Below are positions 54,578-64,000 of a stretch of DNA of 64,000 bases, in pieces. The notes below the pieces were generated by a model that was not told the DNA's origin, did no database searches, and saw only the letters and a list, made by a program, of their open reading frames with translations. Position 1 is the first letter of the stretch. Each line of letters starts with the position of its first letter. The stretch covers positions 19,582,690 through 19,646,689 of the forward strand of contig NC_052167.1 in NCBI RefSeq assembly GCF_902713615.1. Reading direction: 5' to 3'. The translations under genes and the position numbers were made by a program. Source of the stretch: Scyliorhinus canicula (Eukaryota).

Positions 54578-57500
54578 ATGTGGCTGCTAGGTTATTGAGG
54601 GACAAATGTTGTAAACTGGGGAAATTCCAGTATATCTCAATAAATACTACAAAACAACCCCTCAGACACAATGTTTAATTTTACAAGTGTGGTATTTAAT
54701 ACCTTCAGAATTTACAGATGGAGATATTGTTTAAAAAAAATAACTTAAAAACCAATTCTATTATCACTCTCTCTCAAGTCCATTTCTTTCCAAATATTTA
54801 CTTTGCTTTCTGTACATAATTTAAATTTAATTTATACTTCCTAGTTTAGACACTGTGTGGGCTCAATCAGGATTCTTTATTCAGATTGGTTGGAAAGCCT
54901 TGCTGTTTGCTTGCCCAGCTCACACATGGCAGAGATGCTCTGAAATTCCAAATGGTAGCAAATCTCTGCTCAAAAGCCTGCAAATACTCTGGGCAGCTGC
55001 CTATGTTGAGCATGGAGACATGGTGGCACAGTGGTTAGCACTGTTGTCTCACAGCGCCAGGGACCCGGGTTCAATTCCGACCTTGGATGACTGTCTGTGT
55101 GGAGTTTGCACCTTCTCCCAGTGTCTGCGTGGGTTTCCTCTGGGAGCTCCGGTTTCCTCCTACAGTCTAAAGATGTGCAGGTTAGGTGGGTTGCCATGAT
55201 TAATTGCCCAAGGGCAGCAAGGTGGCACGGTGGCTAGCACTGCTGCCTCACAGCGCCATGGTCTCAGGTTCAATCCCGGCTCTGGATCACTGTGTTTGCG
55301 TGGGTTTCGCCCCCCCCAAAACCCGAAGATGTGCGGGCTAGGTGGATTGAACACACTAAATTGCCCCTTAATTGGAAAAAATGCATTGGGTACTCTAAAT
55401 TTAAAAAAATGATTAATTGCCGATGTACAGGTTACAGAGCTATTGGGATAGGATGGGAAAATGGGACTGGGTGGAGTGCTGTTTTAGAAGTTTGGTACAG
55501 ACCTGATGGGCCGAATGGCCTCCTTTTGCACTGTGACATTCTATGGAGAGTTCCTAACATTTTTCTGCTGCGTTTAAAAGTAGATAATTTGGAATATGGT
55601 CAGCAACCTAATGCCATTATATTGATTTCAATGGCTAGTTTGCTGGTTTGCACCGTTACTGCGCAACTTGTGAAACAGTGGGGTATGTGCAAGATCAATT
55701 TCTGTATTTCCATGTTTAAATGCATCTGTAAGGATTCTGAAAGGCTTTTTTCAATTTACTTGTAATGGCCGTACACGCTGTTAGCTTCCCCTTTATTATC
55801 AATGCAAGATTCAGGCCACTGTTCTATTTAGAAGGAAAGTCAATCGGGTAAGGCTGGGTGACAAAGATTGGCTTCCAATAAAGGAGTAGGAGTAGGCAAA
55901 TTACTGCATACGGTGCAAATTAGGATACAGGGCTGGTAAAGATCACGCAGATAGGGTGGAGCAAGGACTTGAAGGTAAAAATGGGGTTACAGTGATTGGC
56001 AAGAACAGAAGCGAGCCTACTCAGCCTTGCAATGAAAAGCATATAGATCACAGAATATTAGACAAATAAACTTGTGTACAGGGAGAATGGGAAGGCCAGA
56101 AATAAGAGCCTGGTAATAATCTAACCCAAACTGCAGAATCAGTGCTTTGATTGAATAGCTGGAGCTCGAAGCACATATAGTATTGAGGGCTGACATGACT
56201 TCAGTTGATGTTGAACAGTGGAAAGTTAGCTGATGTAAACATTGATGTTGAATAGGCACCAAAAACAGTGAGCATCCAGTGTCTCACTGACTTATGAGAT
56301 GTAGATTTGGACCTCATTGATGGAAGGTATATATGGTGATACAATATCATTTCACCAAAGTACAGCATTCAGATGAGGAACGGATGGGGAATAAGGAAAG
56401 AATATTGGGGCTTATTGGAGGTCTCGTAGGCTTGGGAGGAGAAAGTGCAGAGGGATAACTTTACAATAGGTAGGAGTGGAACCACAAAATCACTTGAACA
56501 AAGGTAGACCAATTAAGAACGACTGTGGAGAAAAATGAAATGACTGACTGTTGAAGACAGCATGGGAATTGAAGATAAGCAACAGCTCTCAAACCTTTTT
56601 CCGAATGGATTAATCACAGACCTAAATTAGAACACTAAATCCTTCATATGAAAGTGTTTTATGAATGCATTTCAGAAAAAAAAAAGTTTTTCCCTATTGA
56701 TATCATGAGAGATGAATATGCCTGCTCCTTATTGCAAAGTCTGTCGAGTGTTGGCAAGAGTACTGGCAGAGTAGGGACACTGGAGAGTATAGGGTTGCAG
56801 CGAGAGATCTGGAGTGGGTGGCCCAAAGACTACTATTAGGTTGTAAACAGAATGGGAGAAGCTCAAATCAGGAAATGCTGAGGGCCAACAAAGAAGATCC
56901 AGAGAAGAGTAAACTTGTTCAACAGTCTTTTATTCAGTTAGCAATTTGATGCGCACGAGCGACGGTCTTTCGCAAAGAAAATTGTTGGAGAAACGGTGTT
57001 ATTACACCAGATAACTTTTCTCAGTTTTAGCATCACAAGGTGCTCCCATAAACAAGCCCCCCCCCCCCCCCCCCCACCCATATGGAAGTTTTGCAGCTTG
57101 CTCTAAAATCAAAGAAAAAAATGCTGCTCATTGTACACTGGCCAGGTCACCTGCTGCATGTGACTACCGCAACTTGGTATGTACTCTTCTACCATTCTAC
57201 CAGCTTGTCTGTAAATCTCATGGTTGATTGTTAAGGAAACAGATAAATGAACAAATTTTTAAAAACGAACAATGGAATAATAGTCATTACTCAAAACCAA
57301 TTGCTGAAATCACACACTTAAACATTTTATTACTGGTACAGATAACAATGTTGTTGCTTCTCAACGAATGCTCAATATCAAACGGAATGTGAGACCAGTT
57401 TCTCAGCTATGGCAACTCAACATCCCAAGACAGGAACTCTGGCCCTACACCTATTTCTAATGCACACACAGTGACGGAGCAATTCAGCTTAACACATTTT

Positions 57501-60500
57501 AAAATCATTTGAACATGGTATCATTAAAGAAAAGTGAGGGGGGGGGGGGGGGGGGGTGACCTGATGTTGGTCTTTAACGGTGAAAGGGTTTGGTAGGGCT
57601 GACGGCAAAAACATTAAACAAACCAGTGGACACTTACCTCCTCACCTGGATCAAAAAGACACAAGTCAGTCTATGGGAGAGAGAGGCAGGTAGCCAGACC
57701 AACCCTGGCCTGCACACATCTCACCTACTGAACCTGGTATTACCGAGTACACTCCTCTCCAAGTGCTAACCAAATCTAGAGCTGTTTAGCTTGAGAGAGC
57801 AATCCCGAACAGGCATTATCAGAGTACCACAGAATGAGAACAAATTAAAACCAGAATAACAATGCTGTGAAAACAATGGACAATGCAGCAGCAACCAGAA
57901 TCGATTATAAGTCACTAGGCCTGTAAAAATAAGGCGACTACTTCAGTAGTAGGTCTCATCAATACCACTCAGGAAAATTGTCCAGGTTTCCTAAACTGTG
58001 ACGCATCAATAAACAGTCTGAGCGCACCTACTTTTCAGTTAACTCGACATATACCATCGCAAAGGAAGAAGATACATCAACGGTGAAAAAAATGCTTCCA
58101 TCTCAGAAGAGCCTTAAGACCTCGGCCTGAATAGCAACGCTTAAATCGTTCAGAACGTTTCCTCGCCCACTGCAGCTGGGGGGGGGGGGGGGGGGGAGAA
58201 ACCGAAACCTTGCAAAAGCAAGCATTGTTTATACTGAGAATTTGAAATTAAGCCCGGCTGCTTCAAAATACCCTCACCTCGTTTCATTTCTCACTGAACC
58301 AGCCTGCCAATTAACAGGTTTGCTGTGAAACCTCAGCTGAAAGAGATCAAAAATGTGAATAAAAAATAAAAAAGATCCCCTATACTGTATTCATTCATTC
58401 AGACCGTCACATCCTGGCAATTTGAGAGGCTGGCAAACTTGATGGCGCCATCCTTCTGGCTCACGGCCTGGGAAGAATATCAATTGAGCCAGGCATTTGT
58501 CAGTAGCCGAGGTCATAGAATAAAAATGTTGATAATTTATTGGAGACGAGAGATAACTTCTAATGACACGTTCAATGGGATTACTGCGAAAAAGGTCATT
58601 TTTTTCATCTTTGCCGTTCTAATTTCTTTTCAGCACTTTGCTTCGTTAAATCCTTTAATTCACTGATAATTTTCATTGCAATTGTAGTTTTAAATTTCAT
58701 GTTCGTTTCGGAATACAAAATTCGAACCGTTAACAAGCGCAAAAGAAACTGCATGTCCTAATTGCAACATCCATTCTCATAATATTCCTGTCAGATCTCC
58801 CATGGCACTGATCACAGCAAGATGCACCATTCGAAAGAGGAGTGCTATACTTGGTAATGATGCACAATTATCCGGCCCAAATGGAGAGGGATCTCTTTAA
58901 AATCAAACTGAAATAAACAAACCCGCAACCATTGAGAGAGTAACAGTTTTTTCTGGGAACTATCGTGTTGGTTGAGATGCCGAGATTAGACATACAGCAG
59001 CATTTCAAGATGGTTTAGGACCTGTAATGTCGTATATGGTGATGTACTATTGAGATCTCACACTACATTGCGCACAGCAGGTTGGACAAGACATTGCATT
59101 CCTTTCAACAAATATGAAACAATGACATTTCTCCAGTTTGTTTTTTTAATTGCAGGGCAGGGTGCACAACACGATGGAAGAGAATGTTCCACGTTGAAGG
59201 GAATGAGGAGATAATAACAATATTGGAATGTTTTGACAGTGGTGGATGGCTTATTTAGTCTGGGAGCGATAGAATAGATTGGTGGGATCTGGGTAACCAA
59301 AGGGCAATCCAGTATGTGTTTATTGGCAAGGAGAATGCATAAATCTGAAATTGGGTTTTGGGTCAAGGAATAATAGCCTGCAAACCAGGTTTGGGGGATA
59401 CCGGAATTCTTTGAGAGTGCATGTGGGAAACTGGAAGTACCATAGAATTTCTATAGTGCAGGAGGCCATTCACCCCATCGAGTCTGCACCAACCTTCTGA
59501 AAGAGCATCCCACCTAGGCCCACTCCCCTGCCCTATTCCCACCTAACCTGGACATCTTTGGACACAAAGTGGCAATTTAGCATGGCCGCTCCTCTTAACC
59601 TCCACATCTTTAGAGGACAACTGGAAAAGAGTAGGATCACTGGGTGGTGGGGTAGTTTGCAAACGGCTGCAAAGCCCAACAATATTGTTGTCAAACGAGA
59701 GGTCCTGCGAGGGGAAATCTAGAACAATGTCCATTTCAAAAAATCCAAGAGGTCGAGCTGAATGGGTGTTTCACGAGGAGCTGATAGCTGACTGATCAGC
59801 TGACTTATTGACAAGACCAGATGGTAGTATACGATGATAGAAGACCTGCTCAAATGTTGGCAGCCATGACTCCTGCTGATCTCCCATTTCTCCAAAAAGA
59901 ATTCCCATGGATAACTGATGAATATAGAAAATGGTTGCTTGAAACCACAGTTCCACTCCAGCTACTTCAATCAAAAAATATTCACAAGTACAATTAAACC
60001 TTCTGTCCTTCAAAGTTAGGCTATCCCTCGACACATTTTGTGCTAAACTACTGAGAAGAGTAATCAGTCAGCTACGAGTCTCATATCACATGCATTTGCT
60101 GCTCTGCCCCCTGAAGTCTCCACATCACACAATGCCACAAACCTCCTAACTTGGGGAGAAACCTCTCGGCTTAAGTTTGATTTCTCCTACCGAACAGAAG
60201 TTTCCAGACATCATCGGTGAGTGCCACCATCTGCACCCCCCCCCCCCCCCCGACAAAACCCTTGGATATTTATGCTCCACAAGTGCCCCCTTTGTCCTAA
60301 GTAAGTGTTTTATCAATCCACAGGATGCTAGATTCCAATCCAATTGTTCTCAAAGACAGAGGAGAAATCTGAAGAGCTCGAAGTACTCACCATGTCTTCA
60401 GTCATAACTGTGCCCGAAAAGAGTCAATGACTTGCGCATTGGTATATTTATGCAGCAATTAAGAGATCCCACAGAAAGGTCTTTAACTAATGGAGCATCA

Positions 60501-62636
60501 CAGCCAGTGGTGGTGCATCATTGGACAATCTCGGAAGAACACATAAAGTTTAAATTTTGCCATTTCTGATGGAAGGTGACAGACTTGAAACACCAGCTGT
60601 TTCTCCCTCCACAGATGCCGCACGAGCTACTCAATTTTCCTACCATATTCATGTTTTATTTTTCAAATTTGTATTGCATATTTAGTTCCCATGAGAAGTA
60701 AAACAGCTTTGGATTGATGCTAACCCAGCAGTGTAAATGGATTCCAAATGGATTTTTTAATATGGAATTATAGAATCCCAATAGTGCATGAGGCCATTTG
60801 GTCCATCGAGTCTGTGCCCTCCGAAGGAGCACCCTACCTAGGTCCACTCCCCCACCCTACCCCCATAACCCCACCTAACCTTTTGGACACTAATGGGCAA
60901 TTCAAGCTGTAACACCCATCCATTATCCAGGGGTAGAACAGCAAACCCACAATAATTTACATTGTGATAACTTTGATCACTCCTTCACTGATGGCCATCA
61001 TGTTGTGTCGCACGACAAGCATGCTAAATCACTTCAGACAGATCTAGCAACTCAAAACCGGCATTTATGAGGCACTGAGGATCTTCAGCTACAGCAGATT
61101 GTACTCAAATGCAATCTGTAACCTCATGGCCTGGTATTTCCCCACTCTATCATTACCACCAAACCTGGTTCAATGAGAGTGTAGGAGGGTAGGCTAGGAG
61201 TAATACCAAAAAATAAGGTGTCAACCTGGTGAAGCTACAATACAGGATTATCTGCATGCCAATCAGCATAAGCAGCAAGTAATAGATAGAAACCAAAAGA
61301 GAAAAATCTCAGCAGGTCTGGCAGCATGTGTAGGGAAAGAAAGAGCTAACGTTTCAAGTCCAGAGTAATAGACAGAGCTAAGCAATTCCATACAATTCCC
61401 GTACCAGCCTCCCCGGATAGGCGCCGGAATGTGGCGACTAGGGGCTTTTCACAGTAACTTCATTGAAGCCTACTCGTGACAATAAGCGATTTTCATTTCA
61501 TTTTTCAAACGGAGCAGAAGTAAGCTCTGTGATCCTAGCGCATCCTGTCATGAATGGTGGTGGACAATTAAACAACTCACTGGAGGAGGCTCCACAAATA
61601 TCCGCATCCTCAAGTCATTCAATATGTATAGATGACAAACTGCTGTTACTTCTTTTGCTTCAATATAATTATAAATCTTAAATAAATGGAATTTCAAGTT
61701 TTAGCCAGAACAACCCAGGGGCTGGTTTCGCTCACTCGGCTAAATCGCTGGCTTTTAAAGCAGACCAAGCAGGCCAGCAGCACAGTTCGATTCCCGTACC
61801 AGCCTCCCTGGACAGGCGCCGGAATGTGGCGACTAAGGGCTTTTCACAGTAACTTCATTGAAGCCTACTCGTGACAATAAGCGATTTTCATTTCATTTCA
61901 ATTTTAATAGCATTATTCCGTCTCACATATATAGAACTACACAATATAATTTCATGTTCAAAATAGTTCAGCAAAAAAAGGTCAACAGTCAGGACATTCT
62001 GTTTCTATTCATGGTACACATAAAGGCATACATTTCAGATCACAGGAGATGAAGATCTGCCTATGGTAAAAGCATTTTGCTTGAGAACACAAAGAGGGCT
62101 GTCACAGAGCCAGAAATCTAACAGTGCCGAAGATAAAAATGTTAAATGCAAAGTGCCGACAGTAACTTAGATGAACATTTTACGGCAATGAAGAATATTT
62201 CTTTTTTTTTCAAATTCACCATCCGGGCAGGTTACTCATATTTCAACGAAAATATTATATTCATCCATTGTAAGACCTGCCTCTGGTTTTAAAGACTAAC
62301 AATGCACATCCCAAACTGCATTGTAATCCGCAGCTGAAGCAGAAATCATCCTACGTTTAAGCAGAGAATTCAAATATTTAAGGTGGTCTATTCCCATTGC
62401 TTCTGAGCATCACTATTGAACATTTGATCATGCTTCCCTGAACTCAGTCACACAGCCATGTGACATTATCCAATGCAGTGTTTCAATTTTTAATATAAAG
62501 CAAGAAAATCAGGTGCAACTTAACAATTTTACAAATCCAATGTGTTTTACTTGGTTGACTAACAACTGTAAGGAGATTCATTTCCCTCCCCATTTGTGGA
62601 TTCCTACCAGAATACTAGAATAAATTGCACAAGTAA

Positions 62637-62738
62637 GGCTTTGACAAAGAGTCATCCAGACTTGGAACGTGAGCTCCATTCTCTCTCCACAAACGCCATC
62701 AGACCTGCTGAGATTGTCCAGCATTTTCTGCTTTTGTT
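62637..62738 (+). mobile_element. Penelope-like terminal fragment, second family, with a decayed UUGACAA hammerhead
   Basis: GGCT-TTGACAA-A-GAGTC-atcca-GACTT-GGAA-CGT-G-AGCT, then ...gacctgctgagattgtccagcattttctg. Confidence 0.55.
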
Positions 62739-62984
62739 GTAAAAGGAGGTCTTGTTCAAGATTTCAATTAGTCTGCAGAATGAGTGTGTGGGGTTTGGAT
62801 ACACTGGTATGGGAAGGCCACAAAAGTGATGGAAAAAGTGCAGTGGGCGCTCAGCAGCCCTCTGCACCTCAAACAATACGCTCTGAAGAGACAATAAATT
62901 AACTCTTTATCCCACTGGAGCCGAAATGATTACGGGGTGACTTGCCAGAGGTCATGAAGTTGTCAAGAGGAGGTGGCGAGTCCG

Positions 62985-63572
62985 CAAAGGCACAGAGATA
63001 GGTTAAATGAGTGAGCATAAATGTGGCAGATGGAGAATAACGTGGGTAAATATCAACTTGTTCACTTGATAGGAAGAATAGAAAAGCAGTATACTATTTA
63101 AAATGGAGAAAGATCGCAGAACTCAGTGTTGCAGAGGGATCTGGTGTCCTGGTACATGGATTACAAAGTTAATATTAAGGTACAGCAAGTAATTAAGGAG
63201 ACAAATTGAATGTTGGTGTTTATTACAAGGGCAATGGAATATAGAGGTGAGGATGTTTTCCTGCAGCTGTTCAGGGCCTTGGTGACGCCACATCTGGAGT
63301 ACAGTGTGTAATTTAGGTCTCCTTATTTAAAGAACGATATAATCGCTTTAGAAGCAGTTTAGGGAAGATTCAGTGAACTCATTCCTGGAGTGAAAGGGTT
63401 GTCTTATGAAGAAAGGCTGAATAGATCAGACCTGCACCCATTGCAGTTTTGAAGAGTGAGAGGTGATCTTATGGGAACATACAAGATTCTGACAAGGCTT
63501 GATCGGGAGAATACCCAAACGATGTTTCCTCTTATGGTAAGAGTCTAAAATTAGGGGACATAGTTTAAAAAC
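62985..63572 (+). mobile_element. Decayed CR1 RT/C-terminal fragment
   Basis: WQMENNV, QRDL and LFRALVTPHLEY remnants. Confidence 0.8.
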
Positions 63573-64000
63573 ACATACATAGATACACAGTAGATAGGAG
63601 CAGGAGGAGGCCTGTTGGCTCTTCAAGCTAGCTCCGCCATTCATCACGATCATGGCTAATCATCCAACTCAATAGCCTAATCCTGCTTTCTCCCCATAGC
63701 CTTTGATCCCATTCTCCCCAAGTGCTATATGCAGCCGCCTCTTGAATACATTCTAAGTTTTAGCATCAACTACTTCCTCTGGTAATGAATTACACAGGCT
63801 CACCACTCTTTGTGTGAAGAAGTGTCTCCTTATCTCTGTCCGAAATGGTTTACCCTGAATCCTCAGACTGTGACCCCCTGGTTCTGGACACACCCATCAT
63901 TGGTAACATCTTCCCTGCATCTACCCTGCCTAGTCCTTTAGAATTTTATAAGTCTCTATGAGATCCCCCTCATTCTTCTCAACTCCAGCAAGAACAATCC
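63573..64000 (-). mobile_element. CR1 3' end, opposite orientation, running off the window
   Basis: Closely similar to 705-1100. Confidence 0.85.

Overview
Vertebrate genomic DNA, almost certainly from a cartilaginous fish (the SINE, CR1 and Penelope families are shark-type; catshark-like is an inference). The window lies inside one minus-strand gene, the c-Jun N-terminal kinase JNK1 (MAPK8). Ten coding exons are readable between 26157 and 2088: eight constitutive exons plus two 72-nt mutually exclusive alpha/beta exons. They give 353 codons per isoform, with exon sizes matching the vertebrate MAPK8 pattern. The last coding exons lie off the left edge. No exon can be supported in 26214-64000, which looks like a long first intron. 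Both alternative exons end in minor-spliceosome (U12, GTATCCTT) donors but start at U2-type acceptors. The introns are packed with CR1 and L1 LINE relics, several SINE families, two solo LTRs, Harbinger-like MITEs and Penelope-like fragments. Most notable non-obvious signals: (1) minimal, dimer-type hammerhead ribozyme cores in the Penelope-like fragments, including a second family with a compensatory U3-A8 core; (2) a start-stop uORF plus a uORF overlapping the start codon, in a 5' leader that resembles the JNK3 N-terminal extension; (3) a short V-SINE subfamily with L1-type target-site duplications; (4) a CpG-rich MITE carrying NRF1, E-box and AP-1 motifs.
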